Assembly (NCBI GenBank): GCA_030704615.1
Contig: CM060731.1
Coordinates: forward strand, 82,398,001 to 82,462,000
Direction of reading: 5' to 3'
From: Takakia lepidozioides
Lineage: Eukaryota > Plantae > Bryophyta
Length of the DNA: 64,000 bases
Below are positions 50,718 to 61,856 of this stretch, piece after piece; the stretch's first letter is position 1, and the number at the start of each line of letters is the position of its first letter. Both the position numbers and the translations under genes were made by a program. The notes under the pieces are model-generated. The model was not told the origin of the DNA, made no database searches, and saw nothing but the letters and a program-made list of their open reading frames with translations.

Positions 50718-53700
50718 TTCGGATAAACCGTCGAAAGAGAGGATACACTGGGGTGCCTTCGCCTACCTGGGACAACATAATCTCATTCCTCAATCTAGTG
50801 AGAATTCCGACTCCGGCAAAGAGAAAGAAGACGCGGGATTTTGGGAAGCCGCCAACGATACGACTTAAGCTTCGTCTCATACATGAAATGCAGACCTCGT
50901 TATCCAGAGACTCGGATCGCCCACCAGTGAGAGATTCGTGCTTCGCGGATGTGAAGCACTCCATACGCAATATTCCTTTTACACCTTTTTTTTTACGTGC
51001 AGTGTCTCATGTTTTCCTGTTTGTTTGACATTGGAGCTGGGGAGGGATCGCAGGGGGGCGAGGCAATACAGTCAACTTTGGATACTCCTGCCCGGGTGCT
51101 GCGCTCGCAAGGTGGAAGTGCATCGAGGCAGGCGAGTCCTCATTCAACACCTCAGATATCGCCTCAGAAAAGCCCACCTAGAGTTCGGAAGCCGAGGAAG
51201 CAGAAGGAGCCCATGGCTTCGCCAGTAAAACCCCTAGGGAGACTGCAAGCGGTGATATTGGGTTTTCAGTCAATTTCAGAAAACACGGATGCGGTGGAGG
51301 CCGCTAGAGATGTGGGAGTCGGATCTGCAGAAGGGCGGCCCATTCAGCTGACAGAAGGAGAGGACGATAACGTGGTACGACTTGGCGACGATCAGAACCT
51401 GCTGGAGCTTACGGAGGAGCAAAACCTCCAGGACAGTAGACAGGCTGGTGAGAGGGGTGAGGGAAGTGACAAAGGTGATAGAAGTAAGAAACTGGTGGCG
51501 GGTATGCTCATGAGCGCACGAGACATGAACATAGCAGCAAACAGTTTGCTGGCAGAGACTCATAGCAACATAGGCCACGTTTTGGGCTCCATGGTGTATC
51601 CGGAGAACCTCAAAGTTCCTTTGTGTCGCATGGTAAGCCTTCCAGTTGTAAGGCAAGCACTGCGAGGGGATATCGATCGACTGAAGCACAACTTCAGAGA
51701 AGGGTACAGACGGGGGTCGGCAGCATTCTACGTTTCCATTGAGAATGACCAGGGTGTCACAAGGGGCCCCACTGCAGAGGAGCTTCAGAATTGGGGCCCC
51801 CACTGGCACACTGTTAATGCCGAGTTTGAAGCCTATCTGAAGACTAATCCCACATTCGCACACATGGAAGGGAAGATGTTCTTCGTTTGGGACGGGAACC
51901 ACAGGATGCTTGCCTGGACAGAGTACATTGCTGAAATGCATCCGCAAGATATCAGTTGGTATTACATGGTGGACTGCTCGTGAAGTTGGACGTCAGGGAC
52001 AGAGGACTGTTGAAGGGTGCCATGGCGGATATAAATCTGTAAGTATACAATTACATCCTTGTGTACTGCCTATTGCGGCGCCGAAATAGGCAATGTTCAC
52101 CACTGTCATGCACTCTTTGAACTGGAAATTGGATTGCTGTGCCGAAATCATATTTTCATGTTGTTTTTTTTCTCCATGGCAGGGTAACAGAGAGGGCTTT
52201 CGTGGAAACTCATCTGGCTTATACGCTCTACAGAGTGCAAGAAGTGGGGACAACTCCGCTGACGGACTTCCAAAAGTCCCTCGATCCCGAGCTGTACAGG
52301 AAGTCCCTAGCGAAAGCAGATCGCACCTGGTACCGACCAACACTGGACGCCATGGTGGAGATCCTCTATTCGGTGAGGTTCATCTCAAATTTCAGTATCA
52401 ATTTAATGCTATTTGTTGCAAGGATCCGTGGCCTGACTGTATCTGCTGGGTATGGGAATGCAGACGAACATCAGGGATGATTTGGCCTATGCCAAATAGC
52501 AGTTCTTTGAGAATGATGCCCCCAACAAGGCGGACGCGTCGATAGAGAGTCATATTGTGCAGGCAGGGAGGCAATCCCGGACCAAGTACAGGTCCAAACT
52601 TGTTAAGCAAGTTGCAATCGCTGACCCTGGTCTTGGTGCTGAGTTCCTGGCGGAGATAGGACTGCATTACTCCAGACCCATGAAACCGGAAATGTCCATG
52701 GAGAAACTTCATCACATTGCAGTGTCCTGTGTTGAGCCGGCCGAGAAGGTAAGCATGTGTTTATTCTTGTTTTGTGACTTCTCGCGATTCTTATGTTGGA
52801 GTTCTTGTCTGACCGATGTGAGGTGGCTGCAGACGAGGTGGCTGCGAATCTGGAATGGCCATACAAACACGAAGCTGCTGTACCACTTTCCCATCGAGCC
52901 AACAGACGACAAAATGAACGACTGGCTCAATGTGATGACTTGGTGGCATCAGGTATAATTTTCTCCTATTCTGTGTTGGACATCGTCGCAATTTCAAAAT
53001 CATGAATGTTTTGGAAACCTGCCATGCTGCAGGTACTGACCCACGCCCAGGAGCAATTGGACTGCAACACCACCACTTTCAAGTTACAGATCAACTGGAC
53101 GAAGCCTGAGACAATGGAGAACTACGTGCAGTCCTGGCGAGGGCGCTTCGCAAACCTCTTTTTCAGAGAAATTGCAAAGGCAAGACGCAGCGTATACATC
53201 GAAGAGCAGGAGGGTGCCGACAAAGCGGCAATGCGTGTCCTGTTCAGGTAATCTGCTGCCAATGCATCCCCCTATTTGCAGTTTAGATGATTTGGCTAAG
53301 CAGCGATGGATATTGCGGCGCCGAAATATACCTCTGCAAGATGTGAGTTCTGGGTAATTGGGGCACGGTCCACTACGTATTTCGGTGCCGAAATACCTTG
53401 TGCATTGACAACTTACTCTTGCATGATGCATCGGTAGAATGATTTTTGTTGAACTGCCTCGTGATTGCAGGTACATAAACTTTGCACTCATTCCATCCGG
53501 AGCCATTCAAAGGGTTCCACCATTCTTCCTGGCGTGGAGGACACCTGGAGGTCGTGGAACGATGTACACATAAGTAATGGTGAAGGAGTGGCATGCCGAG
53601 CATTTGGTAGACTGTCCCTAGTATGTGGATCTCCCAAGTGGGACCGTTGACCTCTCAGAGGTGAACTTGAAGAAGGAAGCAAATGCCAGGGCTATGAAGG

Positions 53701-55937
53701 CGCAATCGGATCCCCAACCAGAGGACGCGGAAAGACTGAAAGCAGAGGAGGCAACCAAGCAGAAAGCACTGAGAAAGTCAGCCAAGGTGGCAGCGTTGGC
53801 GAAGGAGCAGATGGAGAAGCAGGCAGCTGAGCAGCCCAAGGACAGGAAGAAAAGAACGCGCAAACAGAGGCAAGAGACGAAGACCCCCACACCCAAGAAG
53901 AAGAAGCAGCAACACAGTCAGCCAGATGAGGACGATTCCGACGACGATTTCCAGTAGGAAAACACCCAGGGGGCCACATCTCGTCCGAAAATTCACAAGG
54001 GCCAGCGCTCCAGGGGGTCGGCTGCGAAGAGATTACTATACGAGGATGCACCTGGCAGACCCTACCGTGCGGTGCACATTGCGGGCAGGGAAGTCCTCAA
54101 AACACCCACAATTGTGGAGTGTGTTAATGAAAATTTCCTAACTGCTCTGACCAGAAGGCTGGAGATAACGAGATTGAGGAAGGCGATCGAGGCCCACCAG
54201 GGGAAGGGGAAGAGGAAGGCCACTGGCAATGATATGGAGGACACTCCTGGCTACACAAAGATGATGGAGTATTTTGTGGCGATGAGCCACGGCAAAACGA
54301 GCACAGTCGGGGGCAGGGCGGTGAAAGCCTCCATCGACATGATCCTTGTGGATATCCCGGATGGGCAGGAGATACTGGGGCTGGGCTCAGTACCCTGGTG
54401 GAACAAGTTCGACGAATGATACTGGAGCCACACATTCGGGTTCACAACCAACATGTTGGACGACGTTGGCTGTGTTGTTGTGCTAGCAGCCGATGGAGAA
54501 GTCACTGAGAATGATATCAAAGTATGGACGGGGAGAAGTGCAGCACCCATCCTGAAAAAGATCTGGACTTGCATCAACACGCAGGGTCTTCTCAACGATG
54601 GCTAGAAGGTATGTTGTGGTTCTCCTTTGCTATGTCAATTTCTGCGCCGAAATTGCCCCTGTACGTGTAGGCCACCTCTGACGTTTTCATTTCCTTCTCT
54701 GCAGACTCTTATCTTTCAGGCATTTTGCTTCGTGAAGGAACATTCGAAATTTAAATTACGTGAAGCAGGAAGACTTGTTGATTCCACAGTTGATCCACTG
54801 GAGTATAACGTCCTGTTCAACCATGTGGGAGAGAAGGACATTCTTTGTGATTTGTCGGGCAAGCCATGGAGGTATGGCAGGACCAGGGGTCCTGCATTCA
54901 TCCAGACGCTCATGGAAACGTGTACGGATGTTGAAGGCAGGGTCCTCGACGTCACTGCAAATACAGGTGAGAACGTTAATTGAATGCGGCACCGAAATTG
55001 ACACCATTTCCGTTTGTGTATGTTTGCTTGTGCGAGGAAGCGACTCATTCTTGAGTTTGGCTGTGGTTGTGTCGTATGAATTCGCAGGTGCCTGTATGTG
55101 GGCGGGAAGGATGTTGAACCGATTTGTGCTCTCATTTGAGGGGGATACGGCCTTGTACGATTACAATTTGGCGGGCCTTCAGCGTCTGCCTCCGACTGAG
55201 GATCCCAAAAACGCAGAAGAGGACGTGGAAGGGGAGGATGAAGATGAAGAGGAGGAAGTCCAAGAAATTCGTTCGATGCAGGGGCGCCCGAAGCCGCTTC
55301 CCCCAATGCCTGTCTTCGAGTGAGTTGCACCATAGTAAGTGTATTGGTTTCGGTTGTAGGGACCATGCAACCTGCCGATGATTCCCTGTTTGAATTCTCT
55401 AATGTACTTCATTCTATGTTTGTGCGTACACTCAGCCTTGCAGAGTCGTCCGACGAGGAGAAGCTGGGAGACTTGCCCGAATCGGACCTTGTTGCAGAGG
55501 AGGAGACAGAATCGCATCGGCCATTCTTTGCCAGAAAAGCGTTTCTCGCGAGTCCCCAGAAGCCCTTTTTTCTACCAGCCTATGCAGACACGGCTGCCAG
55601 AGAAGCCATCAGGAGGGAGGATAAGCCTACTCGGTTAGAGCAATTGACATACGGGAATGAGCAGAGAATTATAATGAGGCGTGAGGCCAAACATAGAATT
55701 GTGAAAGACAGAGTAGGGAAGTTCGTAATAGAATCCGCGTCCGAGAGCGAGGGGAATGTTGAGGACACTTCCGCACCCAGGTGGACAGTTCCGGCTGGTG
55801 AGGATGGTATTTTTGAGGGGAGGGCTTCTCAGAGTAACAGCGGTAGCGGCAGTGCAGGTTCGGAGGCAGGTGGAAGGCAGCCATCCTTGCATGAGGCCGG
55901 GGATGCATCGGACAGTGATAGCGGATCCTCACCATAG
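50662..55937 (+). pseudogene. Multi-exon gene: ParB/Srx-like domain, helical region, beta-class N6A/N4C DNA-methyltransferase-like fold, acidic tail
   Basis: ParB-like: KVPLCRMV...VRQ...IDRLKHNFREGY...FFVWDGNHRMLAW (DGNHR at 51891-51905). MTase-like: IDMILVDIPDG (54333-54365, motif IV position) precedes RTRGPAFIQTLMETCTDVEGRVLDVTANTG|ACMWAGRMLNRFVLSFEGD (motifs X, I, II, joined in frame across intron 54967-55087). GT-AG introns at about 52039-52181, 52373-52462, 52749-52832, 52953-53032, 53248-53470, 54609-54703, 54967-55087 and 55320-55435. Several stops and frameshifts; start uncertain. Confidence 0.75.
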
Positions 55938-55998
55938 CAAAGTCTCATTTGGATCCTTTTGTTGAAAACCCTGCCGTTTCTAACATTCCTATTGGGAA

Positions 55999-56275
55999 AT
56001 TTGGCGCCGAAATAGCCCAGTGCGCGCCTTCGTTATATGGGCCTCAAAAATTCCACGGATGAATTACTGCACCAAAATATCGCGATGGAAGCCTTCAGCA
56101 CAAGACACTTCAGCACATTCCACTTGGGTATTTCGGCGCCAAAATAGCCCGTTCTGCGCCTTTAAATACCGCACTATATCACATTTTAAGAGGTAATTTC
56201 AGTGCTGAAATACCCCGGTGGATGTCTTCAAAACACCATTTTAGCACACTGCTCTTGGGAATAACGGCGCCGAAA
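55999..56275. repeat. Five degenerate TTTCGGCGCCGAAA palindromes downstream of the ParB-MTase-like gene
   Basis: Copies start at 55999, 56064, 56131, 56197 and 56262, spaced 65-67 bp. Confidence 0.85.
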
Positions 56276-57698
56276 TACCTCATTCCGCATCCTGGACCAG
56301 GAGAAACAGACCCTATTACCGAGGTAAGAGGACATAACACCGTCAATAAAGGCAGGAAAATTCCAATTCCGCGGATGCCCGCTCATGAGCTCATAGGCTC
56401 ATAGGCTCATGGGCTCATGCGCTCATGAAATAGTAAACCTCCGGGTGGAGTGTTGGTGCGAGCGGTGTTGGGCACGAGTGGCACCTGGAGGTGTTCCCGT
56501 GATGCGGCAGGATCATATTGCGGATGAACACTATCAGACATGGGGGATTGCCGATGCGGCAAGGGTGAGCCTTCTATAACGCATTGTTGTAGCATTTTTT
56601 GTGCTAGTATATAAGGACGTACGTACTCGGATGTTTAAAAATGACTTGTAATTGATACTGTAATGGAAGTTACTGTGGTTAAATATATGAGTAAACAACA
56701 AACTAATTGTATGAATTATATATTACGTGCAGCCACGAGTCGTTGCCCTCCAAGCGCACAAAAACAGTACATCACAGATACGTGATGAGTTGGAGGTGGA
56801 CCATCCATTGCCGGATGTCACTTTGTTTTTCCCTCAGGTTGACATAGATAGGGTCCGTGAGACGAGGGGCTTACCCTACGCCCTTCGACTGGGGGTCGCT
56901 TCAACTTCCTAACAATAACCCGACGCTGTTTAACAGTGCCCCCTAGGGAGACTGTTGCTCTGTGTTGTTGTTGTTGTTTTTTTTCTTTTTCTTTTTCTTT
57001 GTGGGGTGCTACCAGCGACTCCCTGGGCGTCGGTTCGAGCTCCCAAATATATATTGGGGGTGCGCGTAGCGAATGGCTTAGGGGTCGTAGTCAACTGTTT
57101 AGTTATTTGTTAATAGCGACTGTAGAAAAGTCGGTAGGATACCGTCCATTCAGAGGTCGGTTACAGGTTTTCTGCTAAAAAATCAGACTTTAAATTGACA
57201 TTAAAGAATTAAAAATCAAAATCAGAACTTTAATAATCAAATTTCCCCGTTAAAGCGACGCCCAGGACGACGGTAGACAGTGTTAAAAATATATTTGGTT
57301 GGTCTGAAGGTCGTTTGGGGGGGGGGGGGGAACCCTAATCCGACTCCAGAGGGGTCGGATGGGGACCGTCGGCAGGGGCGTCGCAGGAAGAAACCGACGG
57401 GAAATCAACCCCGCCATATTAGCGACGCCAGGGGGGTCGGTCCCAATGACTTAGTCATTTTGGGATCCTCATTTTGCTGGGATTTCAGTATAGCGACCCC
57501 TCAGGGGTTGGTATAATACCGACCCCTGAATAGCGACCCTCTTGACGTCGCTGATAAGTGGGGTCGCACAGTGTCGCGCGCGTCGGGCCGTGGACGTCGT
57601 AAACCCCCCCTTTTTGCAGTAGTGTTCTAAAAGACCAGGCCACATCAACCCTGCTGCAGCACATTCCCTGCGCAATCTCTCAAAGGGACAAATCAATT

Positions 57699-59017
57699 TT
57701 GACTGAACCATTCTCCATGGAGGAACTGGGTAAAGCGGTGGATTCCATGGCATCCCAGAAATCTCCAGGCTTGGATGGCCTCCCTGTAGAGCTCTTCAAA
57801 GCAATGTGGCAGACCCTTGGGGAAGAATACCTGCTCATGGCCAATGACATTCTTGAAAAGAAAATTATGCCATCACAGATTTCTGAAGGACTTGTCACTC
57901 TCATTTTCAAGAAGGGAGACAGGGAGGATATGGCCAACTACCGCCCTATCACATTGTTGAACTCCACCTACAAAATTATAGCAAAGGCCCTTGCATTGAG
58001 ACTGCAACCTCTGCTGTCAAAGATGATAAGGAAAAATCAAACAGGCTTTCTCAAGGATCGCATGATTCTAGACAACATCCTTCTGGCACATGAGGCCCTG
58101 CACAGAGCTCAGGTGAACAATCAACCTTTGGCATTTCTTATGCTAGATTTTGAAAAGGCATTCGACTCCATAGATTGGACATTTCTGATAGGAGCCTTGG
58201 AGAAGACAGGGCTTGGGGGCCCCTTTCTTTCTTGGGTTCAGATCTTGCTGCACTCGGCCTCCAGCAGAGTGATGGTAAATGGTGTGGTCTCCAAGAGTTT
58301 TCCAATTTCCAGATCGGTCAGACAGGGGTGCCCCTTGGCCCCATTTCTATTTTTAATAGCTGCAGACTCCCTGGGTCACTTGCTTGACCACCGAGTGGAC
58401 ATCATTGGGCTACACCTGCCAACACTCATACCTGAGATGCTCAAATTGTCTATGTACGCAAATGACACAGTTTTGCTGCTTGACAATTCCACCACAAGCA
58501 ATATTGATAGAGCTCTTCATACATTGTGCACCTGCCTGGGTTCTGGGCTGAAGATAAACTGGAAAAAGTCAATAGGGATCCTGTCCCAGCTGCAAGAGGG
58601 CTCAGGTGTGACACATTTTCAACCCTGGGGAGCTGACATCGGCTTGAGGTGGTTGCAAGAGGGGGAAACGCACACTCTGCTAGGGCATGAGATGGGATTA
58701 AACATGATGCAGCAAAGTAGAATGAAGGAGGTGCTGGCAAAATACAAAAGAAAACTGGCATTCTGGTGCTCTGCAATGCTCTCAGTTGTAGGGAGGGCCC
58801 TTGCAGCCAACCAGATTCTGCAGGCTTCATTGTGGTTCTTCGCTGCAGTATGGACCCAGACTCAACTATGCTCAAGGAGATTAAAGCCCTCACGCGCAAC
58901 TTCATTTGGGGAGCCACCAAAGTCACACAAGTGAGAAGAGCACTACTCTCATGGGATCAACTATGCCAGAAAAAATCTGGGACTCATCGATCCTACAGCT
59001 CAAATAAATGCCTTGCT
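57699..59017 (+). pseudogene. L1/Tx1-like LINE reverse transcriptase fragment
   Basis: KSPGLDG, NYRPITLLN, QTGF, LDFEKAFD, SVRQGCPLAP, YAND (for YADD), SGLKINWKKS, GLIDP. The 5' side abuts the CACTA-2 terminus. Confidence 0.95.
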
Positions 59018-59475
59018 AGCATGCAAAAGGATGGCGATCTGCAGAACTGTTTCCTTATGTTTGATCACGTCAAACGAGTGAAAGACTGGAAAACAATGGC
59101 GTGTCATGTTTATGATCCTTTCTACCAGCGAGTCGTGTCAATTGCAGTGTGTGACATGCAATCGGAGGATGCGGAGTCGCAGCAGCTTATGTGAAGATGT
59201 CTCATTCGCGTGATGGCATCCCATGGTGTCCCATCCCCAAATTTCGCTGGTTTTATGGCCGACAGTGCTCAAGCAAATTTCAATGTTGTTCGCATTGTGT
59301 TCGGTTCAGGAGATCTAAAGGTGCCAATGCCAGGAAGAGAGCGAACATGTCTTTTCCATTGGACGCAGTCCCTTGAGAAACATACCAAGGCAGACATCAA
59401 ATCGGACATGCGGCCGATTCATCTTAAACTATGCAAACAATAAAAAGATGCCAAAAGCAAGGCGGAGGCGAAGTC
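59018..59475 (+). pseudogene. Fragment of a paralogous MULE-type transposase core
   Basis: GDLQNCFLMFDHVKRVKDWKTMACHVYDP...FAGFMADSAQANF...RERTCLFHWTQSLE aligns with GDLSNCWVMFDHIRR...FMADNAQANW...KERSCGFHFMQSL at ~46930-47290. Confidence 0.9.
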
Positions 59476-59479
59476 TAAA

Positions 59480-61040
59480 TTTAGGATCTCGACTTTTCTT
59501 ATGCCTCCAATTGAAATCTGCCTCGTCTCCATCACCAGGGGACTTCCCATTGAGGGGGGATTGATTGATTCCAGGTAAAGCGCATGTTGGGAAGACTAGA
59601 GCCGAGCAAATTGCCTTTGCCCCAGGAGTCGGCGAAATCTTGAAGCAGCTTCCTCCCTCGTTGCTCCGAAGTTCTGGGAAGAGCTGCACAAACAGTGTCC
59701 CATGCTTTTCGCCCCTCAGGTTACAGATCAAAATATATGTGAAAGAGGATTGATCTGCCCCTGGGGGCTTTTCCCTCATAAACCCAATTGCATCTGGCTC
59801 TCCATAGATTCCACAAGGTGTGGGCTCTAAGAGTGTTCCATACTGGGCAAACACTCATTGTTAGACCAGACAGGAAATTTAAAAGCAGTAGAGATGGAGG
59901 AGAAGAGGCTGGGAAAGAAGTCCAATGAGAGTAGAACGAGAGAACCAGCCCCCAGATTCTACTTGAAAGATTGCAGGACATCAGACAATGTTCTATGGAT
60001 TCCGTTTGTGAATGGCAGAGAGTACAGGTAGGGTTATCCTCATGCGTTCGCTGCCTGACTGGAATGATTCTGTGTACGAGCTTCCATAGAAAGCCTGATA
60101 TCTTTGCAGGCCTATGCTTCCTCAAAATATCTTTCCATATCTTGTTCCAGATCCTTTGGGTAAGGCTGTTGTTGCCCCATTTTGCTGACCATTTACCTCT
60201 AAAGGATTGGGGTGGGCAGGCCAGGGAGTACCCTTTCTTCACTGTGTATCCAAAGAAAGGGGTTTTCTTCTTGTCCATCCATTTCCACTCCCCTGGGTCA
60301 AACTGCAGATCTTCCAAAGGGCACATGAGAAACCAGGTGAGTGTTTCATGACAGGCCCATTGAGCCTCCATCCCTAGAGGTGGCAAGGGGTTTGCATTTC
60401 CTTTGCCATCAAGCACCTGTATGTGGAACAAGTTTGTTTTAGGAACCTCCACCATCCCTGTATAAGAGAGGTCACCCTCGCAATCTGTGTGAAACCCCAG
60501 TCCAAATGCCATTGGTCCATGAGTTTCTATGACCAGTATCACTGTCTTTCCATTGTCTCTGTTGCAAGCCATCCAGAAGAGCCGTCCAATTCTGAGCTTG
60601 TTCCTCCAGCAGTGGGGTCATATATTGCGGGATATTGGCCAGGAGAGCGCCCCAGGCCCTGGATCTCCTCCTGCCAAAGGTTCCTGATATGGCCTCTTAT
60701 GTAAGGAAATTTTCCCCCGAGCGCATTGCTGCAATGTGAGTGAAACCCTGCCCCTCCCAGAAAGCCCAGCGAGGGGTTTGCGTGAGCAAGACAACAGAGT
60801 CCGTGTTGTAGTTTGCGAATAGGGGTTGCCGAAGACATTCCTGCCGGCTGGCTGGCATTCTTTGGATAAGGTTACCCCTGATGCTTTGCCAGGCTCTCCA
60901 GATAGATTGCCAAGGTCTAGAGCCGAGAGCCACTGCTGCGTTTTTGCCTTGAACAATCCATCTAAGTGATTGAGCCCAAAGTTTTTGATGTTTTTGGCAC
61001 TGAGCCCATCAGGTAAGGTTGAATGAGCTTACTCCAAGGG
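59480..61040 (-). pseudogene. LINE ORF2 3' part (zf-RVT region), inverted relative to the RT fragment
   Basis: FLWKLVHRIIPV...CTLCHSQTESIEHCLMSC...LWNLWRARCNWVYEG. Confidence 0.9.
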
Positions 61041-61769
61041 GAGTATCTATGAGTGATGGCTCAAGTTCTAAAGTACTGAACTTGTCTTCACATTGCCACT
61101 GCAGATCTTCTCCAACTCCTTGTCTTCTCAGCTCGTCAACTCCGGATCAGCTCCGCACCTCATCTTTGCATGACCTTTGTGCTCTTATCTCAAGGAGTAG
61201 CTAGCTACCTCTCCAATCAAAACCATTCTCGGAACAATGCATACAAGTCTCTCTTGCATAGATATTTCTTACTGCTCTTTCACCCTGCCCTAGCATAGCA
61301 TGTTATCTCTCTCGCAACCTTTGCTTTACCACTATTCACTCCCTCCCTATCTACTGTTAGCAAGTTCGCTACGGCCACGGGGATGTTCCCCCTTAGTAAG
61401 CCTTCACGGCCTTTTGGGTGGTTATTTTTTTCCACCAATGTGACATCTTCTTTTTAATTAATTTGACTAAAAGGGCCTATGTCCCTTTCCAATAAATCAA
61501 TAAATAAATAAAATCTCGAAATTTACAAATGGCACAGTTCTAGCTTGATGATATCAGCATGGACCTCTCTGCCCTTTTCCACTGCCCCTAGGCTAGCACA
61601 CGCATTGAGAGCAGAAACGAACGTGACCTTGCCCGCCGTCACGCCTTTATGTTTCATAGTTGCTTTTCAATGGGGCTCTCCTTTAAGACCTCCTCTTGTA
61701 CATAAACACCATAAGGCTTTCTTCTTGCAAAGATCTCCATAGCCTTTCTACTAAACCCCATAGTCCATA

Positions 61770-61856
61770 GGCATTCCGTTCAGACATTTTGTCAAATACT
61801 TCACGAGAGTCCCTTGTGCTCCCACACTTGGCATACATGTTGACAAGGGTGTTCAG
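61770..61856 (-). pseudogene. Isolated PPR motif fragment
   Basis: LNTLVNMYAKCGSTRDSREVFDKMSERNA. Confidence 0.8.

Larger units (their letters stand above)
44000..56441. mobile_element. Large Mutator-like element: transposase, divergent ParB-methyltransferase-like gene and palindrome arrays; left end unresolved
   Basis: Right terminus GCTCATGAAATAGTAAACCTC (56421-56441), preceded by GCTCAT repeats, matches the Pack-MULE end GCTCACGAAATAGCAATCCCC. The palindrome family is confined to 44928-56275. Confidence 0.72.
41684..57624 (-). mobile_element. CACTA element 2 remnant (one terminus present), interrupted by a large MULE
   Basis: Terminus ...CCCCCCCTTTTTGCAGTAGTG (reverse complement CACTACTGCAAAAAGGGG) at 57624. 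AGCGAC/GTCG subterminal repeats at ~57010-57600. Minus-strand TnpA-like exons at 41750-43930. No TnpD and no second TIR were found. Confidence 0.7.
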
